From assembly GCA_913046035.1 (NCBI GenBank), contig CAJWSW010000002.1, positions 4,046 to 68,045 of the forward strand: a DNA stretch of 64,000 bases, written 5' to 3'. Below the pieces are notes generated by a model. The model saw only the letters and a list, made by a program, of their open reading frames with translations. It did not search any database and was not told the origin of the DNA. The position numbers were made by a program, and so were the translations under genes. Shown piece by piece: positions 49,897 to 58,378 of the stretch. This DNA comes from an uncultured Alphaproteobacteria bacterium (lineage in GTDB: Bacteria > Pseudomonadota > Alphaproteobacteria > MPNO01 > UBA830). Each line of letters starts with the position of its first letter. The first letter of the stretch is position 1.

Positions 49897-51384
49897 CTAG
49901 AACCTTGGAAGATCCGGAAATCGCGTCTGCTGTGAGTGGATATGGACGCGGCCAAGTTCCGCACACCTGTGCAAGGTAGGAAATACTTTGCCAGGGTTAA
50001 GTTGCTGTGTTGGATCGAAAGCGCATTTGACGCGCTGCTGTTGATTGAGGTCTACCTCGGTAAACATTTCGCCCATTAGGTCTCGCTTTTCTACCCCTAC
50101 GCCATGCTCACCAGTGAGTACGCCGCCTACTTCAACACAAAGCTTTAATATTTCCGCACCAAATTGCTCTGCTTTCTCTAGTTCTCCCGGTGAATTGGCA
50201 TCATAAAGAATAAGAGGGTGCAAATTTCCATCACCAGCGTGAAAAACATTTGCAACTCGAAGGCCGAAATCCTCAGAAAAATCCGACATTCTATCAAGAA
50301 CCTCAGACAGTCGGTTCCTTGGGATGGTCCCATCCATACAGTAGTAGTCTGGAGAAATGCGGCCAACGGCAGGAAACGCCGCTTTTCGTCCAGCCCAAAA
50401 ATCGTTTCGTTCATTTTCACTTTCACTGATGCGAATACTTTGGGCCCCATTTTTGCGAGCGATTGCCTCCACCCTCAAAATTAATTCGTCAACCTCCACC
50501 GATGGACCGTCCAGTTCCACGATCAGCAAGGCGTCCGCTTCGAGGGGATAACCCACTTTGACAAAAGCCTCTGCGGCATGGATTGCAGGCTGATCCATCA
50601 TTTCCATTCCCGCCGGAATAATGCCTGCACCGATGATATCAGCCACGCAAGTACCGGCGCTTTGGCTCGACGGGAAGCCTATTAAAATTGCCCGCGCGGT
50701 CGATGGACTTCGCAGGATACGCACAGTTACCTCCGTAATAACCCCGAGGAGTCCCTCCGAGCCTGTCACAATACCCATCAAGTCGTAACCGCCGGCATCG
50801 AGATACTTTCCGCCAAGACGGACTATTTCACCGTCCATGAGTACCATCTCAATACCAAGTAAATTGTTGGTAGTGAGCCCATATTTCAGGCAATGGACCC
50901 CGCCCGAATTTTCCGCAACATTTCCGCCAATCGAGCACGCTATTTGACTTGACGGATCGGGGGCATAGTAAAAACCTTCGCCATTCACCGCATTTGTAAT
51001 CGCAAGATTCGTCACACCGGTCTGCGCGCGCACGCATCTATTCTTGTAATCAACCTCTAAAATACGATTAAACTTCCCCAGGCCGAGCGTAATCCCATCG
51101 GCAAGCGGCAACGCACCGCCGGATAACGACGTGCCCGCCCCCCTCGGCACAATCTTAATCCCTTCGCCGTAGCAATATTGGAGCACATCAGAAACCTGCT
51201 CCGTTGTCTCTGGAAGAACAACAATGAGAGGCAGCTGCCTATAAGCGGTTAGGCCGTCGCACTCATAAGCGCGCAATTCTTCTTCCTCAGCAATTACGCA
51301 TTCTGCTGGCAAAATTCGACGCAAATCTGAGACAATTTCAGTTCGCCGGGATAGAACACCATTATTTGGTTCGGGCATGCGCAT
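49897..51384 (-). CDS. glcD: Glycolate oxidase subunit GlcD (FAD-linked oxidase)
   Basis: 495 aa, FAD-binding PCMH domain plus C-terminal oxidase domain. Confidence 0.85.
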   Translation of the reverse strand: MRMPEPNNGVLSRRTEIVSDLRRILPAECVIAEEEELRAYECDGLTAYRQLPLIVVLPETTEQVSDVLQYCYGEGIKIVPRGAGTSLSGGALPLADGITLGLGKFNRILEVDYKNRCVRAQTGVTNLAITNAVNGEGFYYAPDPSSQIACSIGGNVAENSGGVHCLKYGLTTNNLLGIEMVLMDGEIVRLGGKYLDAGGYDLMGIVTGSEGLLGVITEVTVRILRSPSTARAILIGFPSSQSAGTCVADIIGAGIIPAGMEMMDQPAIHAAEAFVKVGYPLEADALLIVELDGPSVEVDELILRVEAIARKNGAQSIRISESENERNDFWAGRKAAFPAVGRISPDYYCMDGTIPRNRLSEVLDRMSDFSEDFGLRVANVFHAGDGNLHPLILYDANSPGELEKAEQFGAEILKLCVEVGGVLTGEHGVGVEKRDLMGEMFTEVDLNQQQRVKCAFDPTQQLNPGKVFPTLHRCAELGRVHIHSQQTRFPDLPRF

Positions 51385-51432
51385 GTTAAATTGAACCCAA
51401 TTTAATTTTGAACCAGTTTAACGAAGCGCCTG

Positions 51433-51462
51433 GAAAACGAAAACCGCGCCAGATGGCGCGGC
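51433..51462 (-). terminator. Rho-independent terminator downstream of the L36 gene
   Basis: Minus-strand CCGCGCC-AUCU-GGCGCGG followed by UUUUCGUUUU. Confidence 0.5.
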
Positions 51463-51488
51463 CGGCAATTTTCCTCGTAACGAAGGTA

Positions 51489-51614
51489 TTAGCCTTGGCG
51501 AGCTTTAAACCGCGGGTTACGTTTATTAATGACATAAGTGCGACCCCGCCGGCGAATAACACGGCAGAAACGATCCCGTTTTTTAACTGATTTGAGCGAG
51601 TTTACAACTTTCAT
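51489..51614 (-). CDS. rpmJ: 50S ribosomal protein L36, YkgO/type-B (zinc-independent) form
   Basis: [41 protein letters not shown] (41 aa) resembles E. coli YkgO. It is embedded in a longer annotated ORF (51489..51689). Confidence 0.7.
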   Translation of the reverse strand: MKVVNSLKSVKKRDRFCRVIRRRGRTYVINKRNPRFKARQG

Positions 51615-52012
51615 GGCTTGACCCTTCGCTGTATGCACAGCGTATAACCGAAAGCGCTGGAAGTTACTGGCCCGCATTCGGCCTGTCAATGGAGGTTTTT
51701 AGCCGTTTTCCATGTCGTGCTTTAAGCAAAATACCCACTGATTTTCACCAACACGAAATACAAATCCATTGTCTTGAATTCCGAAAGTTAAGTTTCCAAT
51801 AGGGTACCGTATGGCGTTTTGTACATACCGGCGTCTACGTGTACATTCGTTACCGCGGCATCTTTTATCCTAATTTTTATCTAGGTGTCTTTGAAATATT
51901 CAAATGACATCACTGTATCTTGCTGTCTAAGAAAATATTCTCCGCCTATATACGCCTTAAAGTAAACATCCTGATACTTGGATGGGAAATCTTACGAATT
52001 TTCTCGATTACA

Positions 52013-52930
52013 CTACTCGCCTAGATAGCGAAACCCGAAAGTGTCACCGTGCGGCACAATCAACCCCGCGGTTGGGTTTGGAAAGTGGGAGGGAAAAATC
52101 GTAACATCCGTGTCTGCATAACGATCCAAAAAGGCCGTTCGCGTCAACCGGGCCGCCTCCATATCAGCGCATGCGACTGTGCTCCAGTGCGGAATGTGAC
52201 ACTGGATCATATGGTGCATCATATCGCCGCAAAGAATTGCCTTGGCCCCGCCTGAACGAATGGATAGGCCAACCATACCGGGCGTGTGACCGGGTAACGG
52301 TTCCAGAACCAACCCATCATCCAATTGGTGATCCATATCAACGAGCACCTCCTGTTTTGCTTCGAGGATCGGTAAAACACTATCTACGATATAGTCACCG
52401 GTACGTGCCATCTGATCCTGTTCAGATTGTTGTTTCCAAAACTCCAGTTCTGCTTTTGCGAAAATATATTTTGCGTTCGGGAAGGTCGGTACCCAACACC
52501 CGTTTTCCAACCTGGTGTTCCAGCCAACATGATCAACGTGCATATGGGTACAAAGGACGTAGTCGATATCTTCTGGCGCAACCCCGAGCTTTAAAAAATT
52601 ATCCATCCACGGAAAATTAGCGTCATCAAACAGTTCCCGATTGCGCGGCTTGTGATTACCAACGCAAGTATCTACCAAAATCGTATGGCGAGGTGTCCGA
52701 ATTAGGAAGGCCTGAATATTGATAACTACATTGCCGGATACCGGATCATAATGACGTGGCACCATCCAGTCACGATGTGGGTCAATGGCAGCTTCATCCC
52801 AATCTGGGAAAAAAGTGGTAGCTCCAAGCATCGGCATCTCTATCTCTACAATTCGGGTGATAGTGATATCGCCGAAGGTGAAATCGAACATAGGCACTCC
52901 GTGTTTGACCATCATAGCGCCACTGCTCAA
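52013..52930 (-). CDS. MBL-fold metallo-hydrolase
   Basis: HMHVDHVGW (HxHxDH) motif. 305 aa. Confidence 0.7.
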   Translation of the reverse strand: MSSGAMMVKHGVPMFDFTFGDITITRIVEIEMPMLGATTFFPDWDEAAIDPHRDWMVPRHYDPVSGNVVINIQAFLIRTPRHTILVDTCVGNHKPRNRELFDDANFPWMDNFLKLGVAPEDIDYVLCTHMHVDHVGWNTRLENGCWVPTFPNAKYIFAKAELEFWKQQSEQDQMARTGDYIVDSVLPILEAKQEVLVDMDHQLDDGLVLEPLPGHTPGMVGLSIRSGGAKAILCGDMMHHMIQCHIPHWSTVACADMEAARLTRTAFLDRYADTDVTIFPSHFPNPTAGLIVPHGDTFGFRYLGE

Positions 52931-53035
52931 ACGCGATCAGCGCGCAATTCTGCCGTGAACTACACTAAGAAAGCGGCTACGCCTCAGCCTGCACTTTTCG
53001 AGAAGAGAAGCCTCACAAAATCTCGATTAATGGCT

Positions 53036-53899
53036 TTATTTCTCGTTACGCACCGGATTAGAGAGCAATCCAACCCCCTCGATCTCGACCTCGCACGTAT
53101 CGCCCTGCTTCATAAATATTGGCGGTTTTCTGACAAAGCCAACGCCCGGCCCGGTTCCGGTCAAAATGATATCGCCAGGCATCAACGTGATCGCACGCGC
53201 AAGTTCGTAGACCAGTGTCTTCACGTCAAACACCATTTCCCGGGTATTAGTTACTTGCAGAACGTTCCCATTTAGCCGCAGCTCGACGTCCAGCCCCTTG
53301 GCGCCAGCGGGTAATTCATCAGCTGTAACAAAATCTGGGCCTATCGAACCGGACGAGTCGAAGTTCTTGCCTATTGTCCATTGTGACGCCTTCATCTGAT
53401 AGTCACGAATGGAGCCTTCATTGGCCACCGAGTATCCAGCGACATAGTCGAGGGCCTCGGATTTCTTTATATTACGGGCCTTCTTGCCAATCACAGCAAC
53501 CATCTCGGCTTCATAATCAAAATGCTTCGATGCCTTGGGACGAATTAGGGCCTGACCATGAGCGACGAATGAGGTCGTAAAACGGGTGAACACGACAGGA
53601 TAAGTAGGAATCTTTAAGCCGGCCTCCGCGGCATGGTCTTTATAGTTGAGACCAATACAGAAAATTTTATCGGGTTTCTGTATCGGTGTAAGGTAGCTTA
53701 CGCGCCCTTTAACGACCGCGCTTGGCTTTGCTTTCCTGGCAGCGCGCCCAGCACGCTGCATTGCGCCCTTACCTTGTGCAATCAGCCCCTTCAGATCTGT
53801 AGGTATCTTCTTATCGACCTTCGACAGGTCTACAAGCCCGGCATCGGTTCGCACCCCAATCTTATTCTTGCCATCTTTTTTGAAAGAAACGAAACGCAT
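53036..53899 (-). CDS. Fumarylacetoacetate hydrolase (FAH) family protein (2-keto-4-pentenoate hydratase-like)
   Basis: 287 aa FAH-fold, ...DYEAEMVAVIGK... metal-binding region. Confidence 0.8.
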   Translation of the reverse strand: MRFVSFKKDGKNKIGVRTDAGLVDLSKVDKKIPTDLKGLIAQGKGAMQRAGRAARKAKPSAVVKGRVSYLTPIQKPDKIFCIGLNYKDHAAEAGLKIPTYPVVFTRFTTSFVAHGQALIRPKASKHFDYEAEMVAVIGKKARNIKKSEALDYVAGYSVANEGSIRDYQMKASQWTIGKNFDSSGSIGPDFVTADELPAGAKGLDVELRLNGNVLQVTNTREMVFDVKTLVYELARAITLMPGDIILTGTGPGVGFVRKPPIFMKQGDTCEVEIEGVGLLSNPVRNEK

Positions 53900-54003
53900 T
53901 GAAAACCCCCGTTTTACATATTGTTCTTAAGATACTTGAGCCAGCATTTGCTGAAACTGGACGCGAAACCTAAACCATCGCACCCCTCATTCAAGCTGTT
54001 TCC

Positions 54004-54693
54004 CTATTGTAGCTCGTAGCCCTTCTCATAGTGCAAGTAAATGCCGTCAAAATAGAACCAGCGCATACGAGCACTTTCACGCGCGAAGTAGATAGCAGCC
54101 TCCTTCATTTCTGGAGTAGTGCAATGACGTTCAAGAATCTCAAACCCCCTGTTACTATGTTCAATATCTACTTCGGAGTGCAGCCAGAAATGTTTTATCG
54201 CCTCTTCATCAAAATTGTAGTTATCCCGTAGCGAGGGCAGCACCCGGCTGTAAAGTCTTGGCGACTGAGATTCTGTGCCGATCCGTATGGCGGCCACCCC
54301 GCAGTACCAATCTTCCTCTCTCGCAACCTTCTTTAACCAATCCGCCCAGGAGCGCGTTGTTGGGAGCCCCTCACCTGCCCTTACGGTTTCGAGATCGGCG
54401 CCATTGGCTTTCGCAAACTGCAGAACAATCTCCATATGAGGTTCGTCAGGATCTTCTTCTTCATGAAAATTCTCTAGCTCCAGCTCGATAACGTCGTTTG
54501 GTGCCTTTGCACAGATTTGAAACGTCGCCTCTGTTAACATGTTCGATATCCAGTGATAATGCTCGACTGCCCAACCCATGCAGGCATTGCGACCTAAATT
54601 ACCAGCTGCCAATTCGTCCCACATAGGATGATCAGCGCAGTGGCGCTCATTCACAGCGTCTTCTAAGGACTGTCTGAACGCTGATTTATTCAT
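54004..54693 (-). CDS. TenA/PqqC-like heme-oxygenase-fold protein (iron-containing redox enzyme family)
   Basis: 229 aa all-helical. His/Glu-rich helices (AVEHYHW...EEDPDEPHMEIVLQFA...WLHSEVDIEH). Confidence 0.55.
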   Translation of the reverse strand: MNKSAFRQSLEDAVNERHCADHPMWDELAAGNLGRNACMGWAVEHYHWISNMLTEATFQICAKAPNDVIELELENFHEEEDPDEPHMEIVLQFAKANGADLETVRAGEGLPTTRSWADWLKKVAREEDWYCGVAAIRIGTESQSPRLYSRVLPSLRDNYNFDEEAIKHFWLHSEVDIEHSNRGFEILERHCTTPEMKEAAIYFARESARMRWFYFDGIYLHYEKGYELQ

Positions 54694-54868
54694 AATCGTT
54701 TCCTTCCAATACGATTAAATCGGGAGAGCTAGATAAAGAATTCATATCCCGGCCCCGGTCCAATTTTGTAGGCAGTTATTCATGAATTCAAGCTCAGTGA
54801 CTAACTTTGTCTCCGCAAGCTAATCGCCCCGTTTGTCAGCCCTTCCTAACATAGGAAACCGGAGGCAT

Positions 54869-54982
54869 ATGATGAACGAAACTAATGGCTTGGAACACGA
54901 CACTAGTACACACCTCAGACTACGCCAGGAATTTCTAATCCGTCAGCTACAAAAGCTATATTTCGCTTTTGTTTATAGATAG
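54869..54982 (+). CDS. Hypothetical 37-aa small ORF with strong SD (GGAGG-N5-ATG)
   Basis: MMNETNGLEHDTSTHLRLRQEFLIRQLQKLYFAFVYR. Below the ORF-track size cutoff. Sits in a 480-bp gap inside the minus-strand cluster. Speculative. Confidence 0.2.
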   Translation: MMNETNGLEHDTSTHLRLRQEFLIRQLQKLYFAFVYR

Positions 54983-55176
54983 GCTGAGTTTGATCTCACG
55001 TAATAGAATATGCCGTTCGCCGCGTTCTAAATGACGACAAAACCGCTTCATAATCTCCGTCAGAAAGCATGATCTAACTCAAAGACCCAAAGAGCAGACG
55101 AGTAAAGGCGCCGGAGTGACCAACAAAAAACGCACTCCTGTCGAGCTATCCCAACATCTTGTTCGGCTTTCTCAAT

Positions 55177-56514
55177 CTACTCGGCAGCCATCTTTGGAGA
55201 ATTAGCCTCGATAGTATCATTGTTATTGCGATTGGTCGCAAACTTGACTTCCGCTGGCTCGTAAATTTCATGCTGAATCTTAAAATAGCCTTCCTCATAC
55301 TGCCCATCGCTGGTTGGTGCCATTGATATCGAGTCAAATGGGCACACATCCAAACAAAGCTCGCAACCAATGCACTTATCGGTATGCACATTGATTTTAC
55401 CAGCCGGATCCTGTGACAAAGCCTCGTAGAAACACATCTGAATGCAGACGTTACAGGTCGGGTTCTGGCAAGTTTCAGCGTTGACGTTAGCGTGGATGCG
55501 ATCCTTGGCAAACTGATCGGAATAATCCGTCGCTGCGGCGTCAGACGCTATACCATACATCGACTTGATGTCATCGTATCCATGTTCATCCATAAAACGG
55601 TCAAGCCCGCGGATAATATTAGGCAGCCACTTCATACCCTTAATCATCAGCACCGAACCTACCTCAACGACATCTGCGCCGGTCATTATAAATTCCACGA
55701 TATCGCGATGGTCGAAAACACCGTTTGACCCCGCGATCGGGATACCGACCTGTTTGTAGATATTGTGCACATATCTGAGCGAAAGTGGCTTTGTCCAGGT
55801 TCCGCCGATACCCGCCGTTCCGCCAAGACGCGGCTGCGCGGTATCAATATCTACTGCGAAACCAGTATAACGGTTAGTCGCGGTAACGGCGGCAGCTCCT
55901 GCTTCCTGCGCCGCCCTTGCAATTTCAACGGGCTTCGATTGGTCAGGGGTTAGCTTAATAATAACAGGAATGTCGACAGCTTCACACACCGCCTGTGTCA
56001 CGTTAAATGCGACCTCAGGATCTTGGCCAATCATGGAACCGCCATGCACTCCTGGCATCAGCGCCGGATGCGGGCAGCCAAAATTCAGTTCAACCATTGG
56101 TAGGCCGCAATCCTCAATAGTGCGACAAATATCCTTCCAGCCTTCGATATCTTTCGCGCCGGCACTGCCGATCAAATGAGCATCGCGTTCACGCGCGTAT
56201 TCGCCCAACTCTTTCAAATAAGGGATCCATTCTTTGTAATAGGTGCTCGAATAACCGGATCGACTATAAAATTTAAAATCGCGCGGTACTTTTCCTTTAA
56301 TGATATCTCCACGATCATTCATGATCGCGTATTTTGAGTTCATGGTGAGGACGGCCATATCATCAATGTCGGTGAGCGTCTTAATAATTGCACCAGACGC
56401 ACCATAATCGAATGCCTGCATCATCAAGTCGGGACTATTGGTCGTTTCAAGAGATGCAATGACGACCGGGTTCTTAAAAGGGACCCCACAAAATTCTACC
56501 GACAAATCGGCCAT
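55177..56514 (-). CDS. PreA-like dihydropyrimidine/dihydroorotate dehydrogenase-family flavoprotein with C-terminal 2x[4Fe-4S] ferredoxin domain
   Basis: TIM-barrel DHOD/DPD-like motifs (NFGCPH, GGIGG...). C-terminal CxxCxxCxxxCP x2. 445 aa. Confidence 0.8.
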   Translation of the reverse strand: MADLSVEFCGVPFKNPVVIASLETTNSPDLMMQAFDYGASGAIIKTLTDIDDMAVLTMNSKYAIMNDRGDIIKGKVPRDFKFYSRSGYSSTYYKEWIPYLKELGEYARERDAHLIGSAGAKDIEGWKDICRTIEDCGLPMVELNFGCPHPALMPGVHGGSMIGQDPEVAFNVTQAVCEAVDIPVIIKLTPDQSKPVEIARAAQEAGAAAVTATNRYTGFAVDIDTAQPRLGGTAGIGGTWTKPLSLRYVHNIYKQVGIPIAGSNGVFDHRDIVEFIMTGADVVEVGSVLMIKGMKWLPNIIRGLDRFMDEHGYDDIKSMYGIASDAAATDYSDQFAKDRIHANVNAETCQNPTCNVCIQMCFYEALSQDPAGKINVHTDKCIGCELCLDVCPFDSISMAPTSDGQYEEGYFKIQHEIYEPAEVKFATNRNNNDTIEANSPKMAAE

Positions 56515-56628
56515 GCTATATCCTCCTAAGTGCTTACTGCGCAGTATATATTTGACTGCAAATAGATTTTGGCCCTTTTAAAGACCAATTGCTAGCCGCA
56601 ATGTAAAGTGCACTACATTGATAAGCTC

Positions 56629-58374
56629 TCACATAGAGCCTCGGAGTGCATTAGTTGCGCCGCTATCGACGGATTTTCCATCAGCAGACGCTACCACTCC
56701 ATATATATCCCTCATAGTAACGTCCGAGATGATCCCATCACGCCAATCCCGTAGGACTAATTCCGGATCTCGTTCTAGCGGCGGGCCGTATCCCCCACCC
56801 CCTGGCGATTGCGTGACAAACCTTACTGTATCGGTCCTGCGCAATCCGAATTTCGGCGCTTCTTCTATTTCACCGTCACTATGCCGCAGATGCATACGCC
56901 CGGACGCGCCGTTTTTCCCCCCATTAATGCCGTAGCCAGTCTCGTAGTTGAGACCCTCACCCCGGAAAGAATGTGTTGCCGGCGTCAGGATATCAACCTC
57001 GTAATCGCAGCCGGACCCTCCACGGTATTTTCCAGGACCAGCGGCATCAATGCGGAATTCCTGGCGGTGGAACATCACTGGATAGAGCTGTTCGTAAACT
57101 TCGACATTCGGCATCGTAAGCCCACCAAGGGTGCAGACATGGCCGATCTGATTAAATCCGTCGCGGCCATCAACAGCGCCGGAACCGGCCGCTGCAGCAC
57201 CGTGATAGAACACATATGGATGACCGCTGTCCTCCTTGCCGACGGAAATGCCGAACACATTTTTAGCCCAACCCGCACAGCCGCGGTCAGGGTCCGCTTG
57301 AGCCAGCGCTTTCCAAACAGCATGAATAATTTCATGGGCGAAGAATACTGTACACATGGTGGTTGGCGCCCCCTCATTTGCGTTGACTATTGTGCCTTCG
57401 GGCGCAATAACGTCGACGCATCGGAATGCCCCCTCATTATGAGGGAGATTTGGGTCAAGGAATGACGCTAAAGCCGTATATATTGCTGAATAAGTATTAC
57501 CCAAAGACGAATTCTTGAAGCCTAGTATCTGATCGTCGGTGCCCGTGAAATCTACGGTCATGTTCTCATTCTCGATCGTCAATCGCACACGAACGGTAAC
57601 GTCGCGGATCTCAAAGCAATCATTATCCGACCGGTCTTCAGCCTCATAAACGCCATCAGGTAATTTAGAAATCTCTGCTCTAACCGACCTGTCTGCGTGA
57701 TCGAGCACGCCTGTGAAGTAATCCATAGCGTTGTCGATGCCTAATTCTTCAACCAGCGCTGCTACGCGTTCCATACCAATACGTGTCGACCCTAACATCG
57801 CGCGAAGATCACCATCTTGCAGATGTGGCGTACGGGTGTTCAGCATGAGCAGCTTCCATAGGTCTTCCCGTGTCTTGCCTGCCTCAACCAACTTTATAAC
57901 CGGGAGGCGCACGCCTTCCGACCAAGCATCGGTCGCAGTGGGGTTATAAGCGCCAGCTGCTCCACCACCGATATCCGACTGATGCGCTCGGTTGCAGGTG
58001 AGCCCGACCATCTGGCCGTCGACAAAGACGGGCCGCGCGATCACCCAGTCAGGTAAGTGGTTTCCACCGGCTTCCCATGGGTCATTCAACAGATATACAT
58101 CGCCTTCGGCTAACTCTGATCCAAAATCTCGCAGAATTGCGCGCACGCCAAAACCACCGCTTCCGGTGTGTATGGGGATGCCGTCCGCTTGGCTAACAAC
58201 CTCGCCGGTTGGCCCCGCAATAAAGCAGGAAAAATCGTGGGCCTGGCTGAAAATAGGACTTCGCGCAGTACGCACCATCACCCAACCCATCTGATGGGAA
58301 ATATGATCAAGCCTGTTTTGCGTGAGCGCGAGAATTACAGGATCAAGCTTATCTGCAACTTTTTTGGAGTCCAT
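56629..58374 (-). CDS. Hydantoinase B/oxoprolinase family protein (HyuB)
   Basis: 581 aa Hydantoinase_B-like. 4 nt downstream of hyuA. Confidence 0.85.
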   Translation of the reverse strand: MDSKKVADKLDPVILALTQNRLDHISHQMGWVMVRTARSPIFSQAHDFSCFIAGPTGEVVSQADGIPIHTGSGGFGVRAILRDFGSELAEGDVYLLNDPWEAGGNHLPDWVIARPVFVDGQMVGLTCNRAHQSDIGGGAAGAYNPTATDAWSEGVRLPVIKLVEAGKTREDLWKLLMLNTRTPHLQDGDLRAMLGSTRIGMERVAALVEELGIDNAMDYFTGVLDHADRSVRAEISKLPDGVYEAEDRSDNDCFEIRDVTVRVRLTIENENMTVDFTGTDDQILGFKNSSLGNTYSAIYTALASFLDPNLPHNEGAFRCVDVIAPEGTIVNANEGAPTTMCTVFFAHEIIHAVWKALAQADPDRGCAGWAKNVFGISVGKEDSGHPYVFYHGAAAAGSGAVDGRDGFNQIGHVCTLGGLTMPNVEVYEQLYPVMFHRQEFRIDAAGPGKYRGGSGCDYEVDILTPATHSFRGEGLNYETGYGINGGKNGASGRMHLRHSDGEIEEAPKFGLRRTDTVRFVTQSPGGGGYGPPLERDPELVLRDWRDGIISDVTMRDIYGVVASADGKSVDSGATNALRGSM

Positions 58375-58378
58375 CGGA

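Noticed and set aside
56809-57465. 218-aa plus-strand ORF inside hyuB
   Set aside because: Antisense to hydantoinase B with conserved domain continuity. No independent support.
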